This document shows positions 25,256-39,573 of a DNA stretch of 64,000 bases, in pieces. A program made the translations under genes and the position numbers. The notes beneath the pieces were generated by a model. The model was given only the letters and a program-made list of their open reading frames with translations, was not told the DNA's origin and made no database searches. Source of the stretch: Methanobacterium sp. UBA353 (lineage in GTDB: Archaea > Methanobacteriota > Methanobacteria > Methanobacteriales > Methanobacteriaceae); NCBI GenBank assembly GCA_002496805.1, contig DALO01000016.1, forward strand, positions 45,615-109,614, given 5' to 3'. How positions within the stretch are numbered: position 1 is the first letter of the stretch; each line of letters starts with the position of its first letter.

Positions 25256-25545
25256 GACATCACCCTAATCCCGTTTCATTAAAACATACAGTATCATTGA
25301 TTAATATGTGTAAGTGGTAATTTAAATCTTTATTTCCAACAATATGCGCTTTTTAATCTTTAATGACAAATAATCGTTGAATACAAAGATTTACCATGAG
25401 AGCATGCTATCTTTATATGAATATGAGTCTTTATTTAATATGGATTTTGCACAATTTTTATATGCACACAGAATTTAATATGATAATCTAATAGAAACAT
25501 TTTATTCGAAAAGATTAAGGCTTATTTTAGGCTTACTAAATCTAG

Positions 25546-26547
<1,002 letters not shown>

Positions 26548-27142
26548 AACTAATTTTTTTTTAAAAACAATTAATTCTAACTTAATTCTATTAAATAATT
26601 AATAAATCAGCCTAATGATTAGAGTATAGATATATTTTTTGTTCAAATTAGTAGTGATAGTTATATCCTAATTATAGGAGCATCGTCACAACTAACACAC
26701 TTTTAAAAGTATTAATGGCAGTTTTTATCATTGAATCTTTCCTACCTACCTTGTTTTGTGAAAAATTATCTCATAACTCCCTCAACATTATCAATTCGTT
26801 GGTTAGTGCAGAGATTACTTTTAAAATTTTCAAAAAAAATCTGATGAAGAAAATGGTAAAAGAAAAATTCAAATGTTCCCCTGTCACTGAACCTCCACCC
26901 CAATGTGATGTTTGTCACAATAATCATGCAGAATTTTATGTTATTGTGAGTGGGAAATATTGTAAGTCTAAAGACACCTACCAAACTGGGGGCTTGTTTA
27001 TACAAAGTGTGCAAGCCCTTCATAATACTTACAAATAACATATAATAATATAAATCTATTTTTTCAGGCAAAAAGAGTTCAAAAAATCATTATTTTATTT
27101 AAAAAATTAATAAACAATGGTTTGCTAATTTTAATTGATAAA

Positions 27143-27508
27143 ATGTTGATAAAATCTATAAAAGACTGCAACTATTTTCAAACTTCTGATGAAACTACTA
27201 TCTGTGAGCTTCTGCATCCGAAAAATGAAAAGATAAAAATGGGCTGCAGCATCGCCCATGCCATACTAGGCAAGGACGAGGCATCCTTACCACATAGATT
27301 GAAAACTTCTGTGGAAGTATATTACATTCTAGAAGGGAAAGGCATAATGCACATCGATAACCAGTCTGAAGAGGTTAAAAAGGGTGATGTGATTTACATA
27401 CCTCCAGGATCTGTGCAGTGGATAAAAAACAGGGAAAAATCATCATTGAAGTTTTTATGTGTGGTAACACCACCTTGGAATGAAAAAGACGAATATTTGT
27501 GTGATTGA
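27143..27508 (+). CDS. Cupin-domain protein
   Basis: PH...EVYYILEGKG...GDVIYIPPG cupin motifs. Confidence 0.88.
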   Translation: MLIKSIKDCNYFQTSDETTICELLHPKNEKIKMGCSIAHAILGKDEASLPHRLKTSVEVYYILEGKGIMHIDNQSEEVKKGDVIYIPPGSVQWIKNREKSSLKFLCVVTPPWNEKDEYLCD

Positions 27509-27518
27509 AACCGTTTAA

Positions 27519-28142
27519 CTAGTAAACTACCATTACACACAAGTAATTGAACTCCATAGATGCTAATTCTTTTACAGTTCCCGTGAAAACTCTCTCATCA
27601 GGATAGCTGAGTCTTTCACAAACCGCAATTTTTCTTTTAGGATCCACATCATTTTCAAGTAAGAATTGAGCTAATTTTTCAACCCTAAAATCTGGTAAAA
27701 CTATGGTAACTTTTCCATTATCTAAACAATCCAAAATAACATCAGAATTTCCTTTTCCATGAAGCGTTAGGAGGTTTACTTCGTCCCATGGCACTTGTAA
27801 CTTGGCTGCAGCTAGTTGCAGGGAACTGATACCTGGAACCACTTCAAGGTCCAGATCATCCCTTAACTTGAGTATGGGCTTTAAAACCCCAGAAAATCCA
27901 GGGTCCCCTGTGGAGAGAATTGCAACAGTTTTACCTCCATCCACCAGTGAAACTGATTTTTTCATCATTTCATCCATATTCTTTGCCTGGAGCACCAAGA
28001 CTTCCCCACGAAAATCAGGGAATAAATCCAGAGCTCTTTGACTTCCCACAAGAACATCAACAGATTTTGTAGCCTTAACTGCTGCTACTGTTAAATAATC
28101 ACTGGATCCTGGTCCAGTTCCAATTAGGTAAAGTTTTGCCAT
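27519..28142 (-). CDS. cbiE: Cobalt-precorrin-7 C(5)-methyltransferase
   Basis: [42 protein letters not shown]. Confidence 0.92.
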   Translation of the reverse strand: MAKLYLIGTGPGSSDYLTVAAVKATKSVDVLVGSQRALDLFPDFRGEVLVLQAKNMDEMMKKSVSLVDGGKTVAILSTGDPGFSGVLKPILKLRDDLDLEVVPGISSLQLAAAKLQVPWDEVNLLTLHGKGNSDVILDCLDNGKVTIVLPDFRVEKLAQFLLENDVDPKRKIAVCERLSYPDERVFTGTVKELASMEFNYLCVMVVY

Positions 28143-28268
28143 TTAACATACACCTGAACTCTAGGTAAATATAACCAATAGTAATGTTGCTTTTCGTTAT
28201 CTTAATCTTTCATTTATCTAATAAAATCTTTAATAAGTTTGGATGTGAAAAGACTAGTAGTGATTATC

Positions 28269-29456
28269 ATGCTCCAGATCGCAGTTACCGGAAAGCCCAA
28301 TGTGGGCAAATCATCTTTTTTCAATGCAGCCACCCTATCAGAAGCAGAAGTAGCTGATTACCCCTTTACAACTATTGATGTTAACAAAGCAGTTGCCCAT
28401 GTGGTTAAACCATGCCCCTGCAAAGAATTAGAAATTGAATGCAATCCTCGGAATTCTCAGTGCCTTGAAGGAACCAGACTGATTCCAGTAGAACTTTTAG
28501 ATGTTGCAGGGCTAGTTCCAGGAGCCCATGAAGGTCGTGGCCTAGGTAATAAGTTTTTAGATGACCTTCGCCAAGCCAGAGCATTCATCCATGTAATTGA
28601 CGCTTCAGGATCAACTGATGATGAGGGAAGGCCTTGCGAACCAGGAACACACGACCCTCTGGAAGATGTGGAGTTTTTAGAACACGAAATAAGCATGTGG
28701 CTTTATGGAATCCTTCATAAAAACTGGAATAAACTGGTGCGAAAAGCACTCTCTGAGAAACTTGACATAGCTAAGGTAATAGCTGAACAGCTCAGTGGTG
28801 CAGGTATACTTGTTGAAGACGTGCTTGAAGCTAAACGAGCTGTTTCTAAAGATTACAAGGATTGGGAGGAAGATGATATCGTCTTTCTACTGAATAATCT
28901 TCTTAAAATTGCTAAACCAATGCTTATTGTAGCTAACAAGGCTGATCTACCACATGCTGAAAAGAACATTAAACGGCTCCAGGAAAAATATGATAATGTG
29001 GTACCAGCATCAGCTGAGGCTGAACTGGCATTAATTCGGGCTGCAAAATCCGGGTTTGTAAAATATGTTTCTGGTGAATCAGATTTTGAGATCATAAAGA
29101 AGGATGAATTAAGTTCACAACAAGTAAAAGCCCTTAAATATATCCAAGAAAATGTTTTACAAAAATATGACAGTACTGGAATTCAGGAAGCCCTTAACCA
29201 AGCCATATTTAGCTTGCTGGATATGATTGTTGTCTTCCCAGTGGAAGATGAACATAAACTATCTGATCAAAAAGGTAACATACTCCCTGATGCCTTGTTA
29301 ATTCCGCAAGGGTCCAAACCAAGAGATATGGCTTTCCTCATCCACACTGATATTGGAGAAGGTTTTATGCATGCAATAGATGCCAGGAACTGCCGCAGGG
29401 TCGCTAGTGACCATGTGTTAGAGGATGGAGATATAATTAGCATAATTACACGCTAG
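28269..29456 (+). CDS. ychF: Redox-regulated ATPase YchF (Obg family)
   Basis: [30 protein letters not shown] and a C-terminal TGS domain. Confidence 0.95.
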   Translation: MLQIAVTGKPNVGKSSFFNAATLSEAEVADYPFTTIDVNKAVAHVVKPCPCKELEIECNPRNSQCLEGTRLIPVELLDVAGLVPGAHEGRGLGNKFLDDLRQARAFIHVIDASGSTDDEGRPCEPGTHDPLEDVEFLEHEISMWLYGILHKNWNKLVRKALSEKLDIAKVIAEQLSGAGILVEDVLEAKRAVSKDYKDWEEDDIVFLLNNLLKIAKPMLIVANKADLPHAEKNIKRLQEKYDNVVPASAEAELALIRAAKSGFVKYVSGESDFEIIKKDELSSQQVKALKYIQENVLQKYDSTGIQEALNQAIFSLLDMIVVFPVEDEHKLSDQKGNILPDALLIPQGSKPRDMAFLIHTDIGEGFMHAIDARNCRRVASDHVLEDGDIISIITR

Positions 29457-29944
29457 AAGGAGAAATCATGGAGAGTTGTATCCACTTTACCTACTTTATC
29501 TGAGTGAGGGGTCTTTTTTTGATGTTTATTTACTCAATTGATATCTCAAATATCATTTTTTTCCCTTAACATTTTTCCTAAAATAAATTAAAAATGTAAA
29601 TATAATATATTAATATCTAAATCAAAAAAAAAGTTTAAAGGCAATTACTTGATTTATTATCTGCTTAAATTTACTAAAAATGTAGATCCATAATTATTTC
29701 ATCAAAAACAAGCTAATTAACCAGAATTCTTGAAATATGTCGTCAGCGCACAATTCATATTTAAAAAATCTATATTTTTTGGTACAGCATCTAAATTTCT
29801 AGAATCTTCTTTATTTTGCAAAAAATGGTTCATTCCCCTGTTATGATAAAATATGTATTTCCTTATTTCAGATAATACTCTGCTTTAAAAAACTATCCTA
29901 AATGTTATATTATGGATTAGATATAATGAATGTGGGGGATATAC

Positions 29945-30397
29945 ATGAAAATGTCAACAAATATCTGTATTTTTTTAGTTTTGATTTGCTTTGTATTAGT
30001 TGCATCTGGATGTACATCAAGTGATTCTAGTTCTAGTGATAGAATGAATGATTCTTCGAGCCCTAGTACTTCTGATTCTAGTGTTTCTAGTTCTAGTGAT
30101 GATTCTAGCCCCAGTACATCTTCCCCATCATCATCTATTAAGCCAAGAGTTCTGGTTATAGTAGATTATTTGGGCAAATGGAGTGGATCAATAAGTTCTG
30201 AATCTGGAACTCGATCTATAGAAGGCTCAGGTAAAAAATCATTTGATTTAGGTAACATAGGTGGTCATGTGACTGCAAATGTCCAAAAAAAAGATGGTGG
30301 GTCTGACATTTTAGCAATATTCATCACCAAAGATGGGGATATAGTTGCGTCACAAAAAACAAGTGCAGGATATGGAGTAGTTCAAGTAAGCTCATAG
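29945..30397 (+). CDS. Putative lipoprotein with Ser-rich linker
   Basis: Signal peptide with lipobox-like LVASG-C, ~40-aa Ser/Asp-rich linker, small beta-rich C-terminal domain. Exact start is uncertain. Confidence 0.75.
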   Translation: MKMSTNICIFLVLICFVLVASGCTSSDSSSSDRMNDSSSPSTSDSSVSSSSDDSSPSTSSPSSSIKPRVLVIVDYLGKWSGSISSESGTRSIEGSGKKSFDLGNIGGHVTANVQKKDGGSDILAIFITKDGDIVASQKTSAGYGVVQVSS

Positions 30398-31206
30398 AAT
30401 ATAACCAAATCTTTTCTTTCTTTTGTCAATTTCACCGAACTAACATAGCATCCTCCTTTGCTAAAAATACAGCAGTATTTTGTGATGAATATGACTTAAA
30501 TATGTTTATTGTTGTTATACTTAATGCATTCATCGTTATCTTCAAATACGTGATTTAACCAGATTTTAGCTGAATTTATCTATACATTTTTACATATTGC
30601 CTAAATTAATTCGTTGGATTTATACTAAAGTTATCGTTGAAATTTTATGAGCAGTTTTTTCTTTATTAAAATTTTTCCACAACAATTTAAATCCCCGTAA
30701 ATTTCTGTTGAATAAAATAAACAAGAAATAAATATGATCCTATTATCCTCTAAATTATTCAAAATTTTTTTACTCAGCATCATTTTCATTGACAGAGAGA
30801 GGTATGTTTCAAGTGTAACAGTGAAGATAGATTAACACACTCCTGAAGAGTTTTACAGGAAATTAAATTATTTTAAAGATTATTTTAGCGTTGAGAATGT
30901 TTAAAATATGTTTGGGGAATATATGCCTAACTAAATTGGGTAAATTAAGAAAAAACTTGTTATTTTTAAATTTTTAGCAAATCTTTATCAACTTCTAACC
31001 TTACTCCAAGGGGTTGCCAGCATACCTAAAAAGAATGATAAAAAACGTGTTTTTGTAACTGAAAAATGACATCACACCCCGCGCAATTTCACTTGAAACA
31101 AATGATTATATGATAATTGTAATTTTAAAACTAGTTGAACCCTGGAAAAGTAGAAAAAAATGAAAATAACTGAAAAAAGAAGTTAAACTGATTTTTAAGC
31201 TTTTTT

Positions 31207-31944
31207 TTATGGTTTAACACTTATTGGCACTTCATTCAAAGGATTAAGTTCCAATTGGTTTTTATGATAATCAACACTGAAAGAATATGCAAATATCAGC
31301 ACTTTGTATTTTTCTGCTTTTTTTAGTGTGCTGGAAAATTCTGGATCCATCTCCCAGTTAGGTGAAAATACTTGAGCATCTTCTCGGGGGATTATGAAAA
31401 GTACTGCTGAGTTCATTCCCTCTTTTTTAGCTTTAATAAGTTCTTCCAAGTGTCTTTTTCCCCGGACTGTAGGAGCATCCGGAAATTTGGCATGCCCATC
31501 TTCAACCAAGGTGCACCCTTTCACTTCCAGAAGCATCTTATCCTCATTATCAGATGTTACTTTTCCTTTTTCCAAAGTTTTAGTTAGAAGAAAATCGATT
31601 CTACTCTTACCGTAAGTGTATTCTCTTTTTTCAACATGATAATTTGATAGTTCAGATATAATTCCTGATTTAATTAATTCTGAGGCAAGATCACTGTGGA
31701 AACCAGAATTTATGAGCACCCATATTTTTTCACTTTTCACGGCAATAACATCGTACTTTGTCTTCCTTTTTGTTGGATTTTGTGCTGGGCGAAGGAGTAA
31801 ATGAGCCTCATGAAGTAAAAGTTCATTAAGACGACCCGGGTCTCGTAAATGAGCAAGTTCGATCCCTTTATTAGTTTCAAAATCCACTGTGAAGCGGTTG
31901 GGTCTTTTTAAAAATCTTCCCTCTATGGTGTTAGTGATTTTCAT
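31207..31944 (-). CDS. sfsA: DNA/RNA nuclease SfsA
   Basis: [40 protein letters not shown]. Confidence 0.95.
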   Translation of the reverse strand: MKITNTIEGRFLKRPNRFTVDFETNKGIELAHLRDPGRLNELLLHEAHLLLRPAQNPTKRKTKYDVIAVKSEKIWVLINSGFHSDLASELIKSGIISELSNYHVEKREYTYGKSRIDFLLTKTLEKGKVTSDNEDKMLLEVKGCTLVEDGHAKFPDAPTVRGKRHLEELIKAKKEGMNSAVLFIIPREDAQVFSPNWEMDPEFSSTLKKAEKYKVLIFAYSFSVDYHKNQLELNPLNEVPISVKP

Positions 31945-32101
31945 CTTATGAAAATTTAATCTACCAAATATATAATAAAACCTAAATTTTACTACTATTC
32001 AGCTTTATTATTTTATCATTTAGGCATATTTTATTTAATTCTCTTCAAAAAACCGTGGCTGTCCTAATTAATAAAATAATAAAAGAAAAAAATTGGAAAT
32101 C

Positions 32102-32842
32102 TTAGAAGTTTAAGCTATCAACTGCATTGGCAAATTCCTTAGCACGGTCCAATGTTTCGTTAAATGGTGCATAAGTGTAGGTTTCGTAAACCATTGCTGG
32201 TGTGCCAGATTCTATGATTGGTATGGTTACATAAGGACCGCTAGTGGGCCCACCATCAAATGGGGGGACATAGAAAATAAGCCAGGAGATTTTGCTCACT
32301 ATTAAATGGGCCAGTAGTCTGGAACGTTTGTCATCTGATGGAACTGAGATGAACTTGGTTTCTGGGTAGTCTCCCTTGGTTGAGTGTACATCCACCACCA
32401 AATTGTATTTGGATGCCTTGATATCGGGAACTGCGTAGTCTCTAGCTAATTCTTGACCATTAATCCTTCCATTTGTGTAATCGTCTCGGTCTTTAGTTAC
32501 AGTAATTTGATAAACATAATAACAGTATTTTAGTGATTTACTATTGCTGATTACTGTCATCATCGCTTGATGGGCTTGAACTTCCTGTGGATGCACGCCC
32601 ACGACATAGGCAACTTTTACTGATGACATTGGATTACCATAAGGGCCGTAACGGACTACAAAACCATAATCACGTTGTCCAAGAAATTTGACTGATGTGA
32701 TGGATTCAGATTTAATCTGATTGGATGAATTGTCATTTAATGAATCATTAAAATTATAAGAAGTTCCATCATAGTTGATAAAAGCTCCCAAAACAATTAC
32801 AACAATTATTAACCCTATGCCCATCAATGTTTCCATATTCAT
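32102..32842 (-). CDS. Membrane-anchored hypothetical protein with M14-type Zn-carboxypeptidase motifs
   Basis: N-terminal TM helix; GPYGN, GVHPQE, YCYY, GRING, VDVH, MVYE; clearly paralogous to 14788-15570. Confidence 0.65.
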   Translation of the reverse strand: MNMETLMGIGLIIVVIVLGAFINYDGTSYNFNDSLNDNSSNQIKSESITSVKFLGQRDYGFVVRYGPYGNPMSSVKVAYVVGVHPQEVQAHQAMMTVISNSKSLKYCYYVYQITVTKDRDDYTNGRINGQELARDYAVPDIKASKYNLVVDVHSTKGDYPETKFISVPSDDKRSRLLAHLIVSKISWLIFYVPPFDGGPTSGPYVTIPIIESGTPAMVYETYTYAPFNETLDRAKEFANAVDSLNF

Positions 32843-33141
32843 GTTCGTATCCTCATTATGTGTTGATTAACGTTAATATGTATGATATTTTATCGTAAAT
32901 TGAAATTTTGAACTGTATAACCCAATATTTTATCCATTTATCGATTGTCAAGATTAAACTTATTATTGGTTCTATTGGTTATTATGGTTAATAGTTTATT
33001 AGAATAAGTTTACAAGAATGTTAATTATAATGATAAGTAAAATGTAATGAATTTATTAATTCCAAAATTTGCTAGATCAATACATTGTAATGGCTAAATA
33101 ATTCGAATAATACGTTTAATAAATTTAGAGGTGAAATTACA

Positions 33142-34224
33142 TTGCATCCACGACCCAGCCCTATTGCCGCGTCACTTTATACTCTCCGAGATTTGAATGC
33201 TGATGTTATTATCCTTCACGGACCCCATGGTTGCTGTTTCCGTACTGGCCGTCTACTGGAAAATGATGGAGTGAGGGTGGTTACCACTGCCATGTCCGAG
33301 AATGATTTCATTTTCGGAGCATCAGCTAAGTTAGAGGAAACTCTTAAAGAAGCTTATGAACTGTTCCACCCTCAACTGGTGGGGGTGGTGGGTACTTGTG
33401 CAAGTATGATCATTGGTGAAGACATGCGTGAAGCAGTTAACAATGCTAAAATCCCCGCCAAAGTGTTGACTGTTGAGTCTCATGGTGGGTTAAGTGAAGG
33501 CGATAATACAGAAGGAGCGATAGCTGTTTTAGAAGCAGCAAAACTAGAAGGTGTGATCTCTAGCGAGGAAGCAGATAGGCAGATTATAATGTTAAAAAAA
33601 GCCACTGAAATCGAAAAAACCAGAGGAATGGCCCAAGGAAAATATATTCAACCATCTTACGGAGATGATAAAGAAGAAGTAGCCCAAAATCTTCTTGATG
33701 CCTTTGAAAATGGAGATAAAATTGCTTTTGTTCTTAACTCCAAGAAAGAAACATCTTACCTCTTCGCTGACATTTTGAAAGTTCCTTTCCATGATACTTA
33801 TCCTGAAATCCGCCCAAGCATTATTGCCAATCTAGATGAAGGAATAGGACTGCCACGTATACGTCAACATGCCAAAAATATAAAAATGGAACTGGATATG
33901 AATATTGATCTAATAACCGGTAGTTTGGATGAATACCCTGTAACTGGGAAAAATGCAATGTCATTCCTTGAAAAAAATAATTTTGACATAGTAGTCGTGG
34001 CAGGAGTGCCTCATGCGCTCAATATTGAGAAATTAAAAGGAAAATTAATTGCTATTACTGACGGCCCAAGATTGGTGGAGCCTTTAAAAAATTTAGGATA
34101 TACTTGGGTGATTACTGAACTGGACGCCCATGCAAAAACTTTGGGAACTGATAAAATCATTGCTTCCGATTTTGGAACTGCTTTGAGAAAAAAATTAAAA
34201 AAATATAATGATAGCTATAATTGA
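33142..34224 (+). CDS. cfbD: Ni-sirohydrochlorin a,c-diamide reductive cyclase catalytic subunit (NflD), F430 synthesis
   Basis: [44 protein letters not shown] start after GAGGTGA. Confidence 0.95.
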   Translation: MHPRPSPIAASLYTLRDLNADVIILHGPHGCCFRTGRLLENDGVRVVTTAMSENDFIFGASAKLEETLKEAYELFHPQLVGVVGTCASMIIGEDMREAVNNAKIPAKVLTVESHGGLSEGDNTEGAIAVLEAAKLEGVISSEEADRQIIMLKKATEIEKTRGMAQGKYIQPSYGDDKEEVAQNLLDAFENGDKIAFVLNSKKETSYLFADILKVPFHDTYPEIRPSIIANLDEGIGLPRIRQHAKNIKMELDMNIDLITGSLDEYPVTGKNAMSFLEKNNFDIVVVAGVPHALNIEKLKGKLIAITDGPRLVEPLKNLGYTWVITELDAHAKTLGTDKIIASDFGTALRKKLKKYNDSYN

Positions 34225-34816
34225 TTATGGTAGTGGGAATCTGAAAAGCATCCACAATGGATTCCGACAAATTGGTGCAGAAGTACTGATAACTCAAGAT
34301 AAAAAAGAATTGGCAAAAGCAGATGCACTGATTCTCCCAGGAGTGGGAGCTTTCGGAACTGCCATGGAGAATCTGAGCAGATTTGAAAAGATTATTCACC
34401 AACATATTCACGATGAAAAACCATTTTTAGGAGTTTGTTTGGGTTTACAAGTCCTTTTTGGTAAAAGTGAGGAAAGCCCAGGGATTAATGGATTAAATGT
34501 GTTGCCAGGGAAAGTTTTACAACTTCCAGAAAGAAAAAAAAATGAGGGTCTGAAAGTACCCCAAATGGGCTGGAATAGCCTTAATATCTTAAAAAAATCT
34601 TTTTTATTAAAAAATATTGAGAATAATTATATGTATTTTGTCCATTCATATTATGTAGAGCCTGATGATGATAAAATTGTGATTGCAACTGTTAATTATG
34701 GTTTAGATGTTCCTGCCATTGTAGCTCAAGATAATGTTTTTGCCACCCAGTTTCACCCAGAAAAAAGTGGAAAAATTGGGCTAAAAATATTGAAAAACTT
34801 CTTTAAACTCGTTTAA
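34208..34816 (+). CDS. hisH: Imidazole glycerol phosphate synthase glutaminase subunit
   Basis: [32 protein letters not shown]; overlaps cfbD by 17 nt. Confidence 0.96.
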   Translation: MIAIIDYGSGNLKSIHNGFRQIGAEVLITQDKKELAKADALILPGVGAFGTAMENLSRFEKIIHQHIHDEKPFLGVCLGLQVLFGKSEESPGINGLNVLPGKVLQLPERKKNEGLKVPQMGWNSLNILKKSFLLKNIENNYMYFVHSYYVEPDDDKIVIATVNYGLDVPAIVAQDNVFATQFHPEKSGKIGLKILKNFFKLV

Positions 34817-34884
34817 AGATTGGTTGTAAATACTAAAAAAGTAGGAAAAATTTATATATTTGTAATACATAAGAAGGTGTAACT

Positions 34885-36249
34885 GTGGATATGGAAGGTT
34901 TCGCCAGGCGCGCCCTGGTAGACAGTGCTGAAGGATCTGTTCAAAAAAGTCTTCAGGAAAAGATACTTGAGTTTAAAGATATTTCTCCTGAACAGGCCGG
35001 CCAAATGGCAAAGGCTGTTCTGGACGAAGTTAAATATTCTCTGAAAATTGAAGATCACCCTGATGAACCCCTTAAAAAGCTCATAAATTATCCCAAATCA
35101 GGAGTGGCTATGGGAGAAATGGGTGTTGGATCCAGAGGCGCCGGTGACTTTTTTGTCCACCGACAAATTGCAGAAATAGTTAAAAGCAGCAACACTGATG
35201 CCTTCATCAACCCCACAGCTCAAGACGATGGAGGAGTGGTTAAAGCACCAGCTGGCACAGACGAAGTGTACATAACCACTGCAGTAGATGGAATTCATTC
35301 ACGGTTAAGTGAATACCCTTTCTTGGGAGGTTTTCATGTGGCCAGAGCTTCCATGAGAGATGTCTGCGTTATGGGATCTCAGCCAGTGGCTTTACTGAGT
35401 GATTTGCACTTGGCAGATGATGGAGATGTGTCAAAACTCTTTGACTATACTGCTGGAGTTTGTGCTGTTTCAGAACTCACTGGAATACCATTAGTAGCAG
35501 GAAGTACTCTCCGCGTAGGTGGAGACATGGTGCTTGGAGATAGATTAGTAAGTGCAGTAGGTTCTGTGGGAATATCCCCTTATCCACCCACTGCCCGGAA
35601 ACGTGCCGAGGCAGGTGATGTTATTCTCTTAACTGAAGGGTCTGGCGGTGGAACTATCACAACAACAGCCTTGTATCACGGTTTGTTTGATGTTGTGTGG
35701 GAAACTATGGATATTAGCTTTATTCAAGCATCTGAGGCCATTTTAAAGGCAGAACTACTTCCAAAAATACATGCCATGACTGATGTAACCAATGGGGGAC
35801 TCAGAGGTGATGCTCATGAAATATCCCAAACTACTGGACTGGGAATGGCCTTTTGGGAAGATAAAATCCGTGAACTAATCAACCCCAAAGTTTTAGACAT
35901 GCTGGAAAGTCTGAACATCGATCCATTGGGTGTTTCTGTGGATTCACTCATGATTATAGCCACTGAAGATGTGGCCAGAGAAGTGGAAAGGATTGTTTCA
36001 AAATCTGGAGTTAAAATCGGCCATATCGGCGAAATTGATGATACTGGAGTTCCCAGGCTGATAACTGACCATGGCCAGACTGAACTTAAGCCACTCTTCC
36101 GGGAAGCAGCTTACACTAAAATCAAAAAGTTTGTGGGCGATGTGCATCCTGAAGACTTTGAAGAAATGAAACAAAAAGTTGAAAGTGCGGCTCAAGAAGC
36201 AATTGCAAAAAAAGAAGAAATTGTTGCAAGAATAAGGAAAAATAACTAG
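34885..36249 (+). CDS. AIR synthase (PurM/HypE/SelD)-like protein of methanogens
   Basis: GVGSRGAGD, DDGG, VDGIHSRL, MTDVTNGG (DxTxGG) motifs. Confidence 0.85.
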   Translation: MDMEGFARRALVDSAEGSVQKSLQEKILEFKDISPEQAGQMAKAVLDEVKYSLKIEDHPDEPLKKLINYPKSGVAMGEMGVGSRGAGDFFVHRQIAEIVKSSNTDAFINPTAQDDGGVVKAPAGTDEVYITTAVDGIHSRLSEYPFLGGFHVARASMRDVCVMGSQPVALLSDLHLADDGDVSKLFDYTAGVCAVSELTGIPLVAGSTLRVGGDMVLGDRLVSAVGSVGISPYPPTARKRAEAGDVILLTEGSGGGTITTTALYHGLFDVVWETMDISFIQASEAILKAELLPKIHAMTDVTNGGLRGDAHEISQTTGLGMAFWEDKIRELINPKVLDMLESLNIDPLGVSVDSLMIIATEDVAREVERIVSKSGVKIGHIGEIDDTGVPRLITDHGQTELKPLFREAAYTKIKKFVGDVHPEDFEEMKQKVESAAQEAIAKKEEIVARIRKNN

Positions 36250-36289
36250 TAAAGAATGATTTAAAAACAATTAAAAACTAGTGAAGTTT

Positions 36290-36721
36290 ATGGATGAAAA
36301 AGGATTTATTTACACTTTTGACGCTGTTTTAGCTTTAATACCAATTATGATTGTGATTTTCGGAGTTAGCAACCTCCCCACATTTAATGAACCTTCTAGT
36401 TATGTATATTCATCACAACAAGCGCAAGATGTAATGGATTTTATGGCACAATACCGGCCAAATGGGGGGATGTCAGTGTTAGAAACCTTATCAACCACTT
36501 TAGAATCTGGAAACAACAACCAAGCAAGTATACAGTATGCAGGAGAAATTTCTTCTAATATTCTTAGTAAAAACTTCCCAAAAATGGAATATATTTTAAC
36601 AGAAGAAAACCAGTTAGGTGGTGAAATCTTGGCTGGAAAATTAGATATTAAAAATGAAAATAATGTGGCCACAGCTTCCCGAAATTGTGGTAACCACACA
36701 TATAGGATTTATGTAAAATAA
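36290..36721 (+). CDS. Class III signal peptide (prepilin-like) hypothetical protein
   Basis: MDEKG|FIYTFDAVLALIPIMIVIFGV: short charged leader, KG cleavage site, hydrophobic helix. Confidence 0.65.
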   Translation: MDEKGFIYTFDAVLALIPIMIVIFGVSNLPTFNEPSSYVYSSQQAQDVMDFMAQYRPNGGMSVLETLSTTLESGNNNQASIQYAGEISSNILSKNFPKMEYILTEENQLGGEILAGKLDIKNENNVATASRNCGNHTYRIYVK

Positions 36722-37077
36722 AAACTATTTAAAAACTTTTTCATCAAATTGTATTGAAACATAATCCATTGTGACTTTATATAATTTATCCCTTTTCTTC
36801 TTATTACAGTTTTATTAACTATGAAAACACCACCGTTAAAGGAAAGGCAGTAGAATTTCCACGATACGTGTGTGTTTTGTGAACATGCCATATATTTATT
36901 CAGTTTTATGTGGATAAAAGAAAGATTTAGAAGTGGGATATCTCCTGAAAAAATATTATCGCCACCCACTGTGAACTTATATTTTAAAAAGATTTTTGTT
37001 AATACTAGATCAATGATTAGAAATATTTTCAATTATACAATCAATACAATTATTGTGTTCAAGAGAGAGTGTTCAAA

Positions 37078-37545
37078 ATGGGATGTGAATTTTTTGAAAA
37101 AATACATGATTATAAGTACGGAGATTTATTGGTTGAAACCCATCACTGGCTTATAATCCTGGCCCCTGACCAAAAAAACCTTGGAACTTGCGTTGTGGCA
37201 CTTAAAAGAGATGAAATAGAATTATCCGGTTTAACAAATGAAGAATGGTTTGACTTTAGTTACGTAGTAAAAAAACTAGAAAAATCTATTAAAAAAGCGT
37301 TTAACTCCACCATGTTCAACTGGGGCTGTTTGATGAACTCTTCCTACCTTGAAACCCCACCATCCCCCCATCTTCACTGGCATTTCATACCACGTTACCG
37401 AAACCCAATAGAGTTCCATGGAAAAACATTTGAAGACCTATGTTTTGGCAGCAGCACCATGTATGATCGAAGAGGCCCTGTTGAACTATCTGACGATTTT
37501 AGAAAAAAAATTAAAACCAGGATAATGGAATATCTGGAAATTTAA
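37078..37545 (+). CDS. HIT-family hydrolase
   Basis: PHLHWHFIPRY histidine triad. Confidence 0.9.
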   Translation: MGCEFFEKIHDYKYGDLLVETHHWLIILAPDQKNLGTCVVALKRDEIELSGLTNEEWFDFSYVVKKLEKSIKKAFNSTMFNWGCLMNSSYLETPPSPHLHWHFIPRYRNPIEFHGKTFEDLCFGSSTMYDRRGPVELSDDFRKKIKTRIMEYLEI

Positions 37546-37705
37546 ATTACTCATTTAACCCAACGAACCTCACACCAAACCAAGTTAATTATTGATATGA
37601 TGGTATCCCTTAAAAAAAACTTAAACAAAACTTAAATAGAAAAAAATTCAACTTATTATAAGTTTCAACTAATGTTATTGAAACACATGATTTCTGTTTT
37701 ATTAT

Positions 37706-37777
37706 GCCCTGATAGTGTAGTGGATATCACGTAGGATTGCGGATCCTATTACCCGGGTTCAAGTCCCGGTCAGGGCA
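37706..37777 (+). tRNA. tRNA-Arg (anticodon GCG), no intron, CCA not encoded
   Basis: Acceptor GCCCTGA/TCAGGGC; anticodon arm TAGGA-TTGCGGA-TCCTA (GCG at 37739-37741); T arm CCGGG-TTCAAGT-CCCGG. Confidence 0.96.
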
Positions 37778-37794
37778 TGTCTTATTTTAAAAAA

Positions 37795-39441
<1,647 letters not shown>

Positions 39442-39573
39442 GTTAATGTGATTGACCCCGGTTTTATTTAAGTTTTTTAAGTAGACCAACAGAAGATTAA
39501 CTGTATAACAAACATAATATAAAAATTATGCATACCAATTCTCATTATCTTATAACCCAAAGGAGGATGTTCA

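Noticed and set aside
29468..29503. 11-codon ORF MESCIHFTYFI with AAGGAG right after ychF
   Set aside because: Too short to support; it runs into a T-rich terminator-like tract.
36709..37156. ORFs 36709-37032 (-) and 36872-37156 (+)
   Set aside because: Composition is typical of AT-rich non-coding DNA, with no motifs, and they overlap real genes.
37706..37794. tRNA-Arg as a possible integration site
   Set aside because: No integrase and no duplicated tRNA 3' end seen in the window; tfrA ends 17 nt away.
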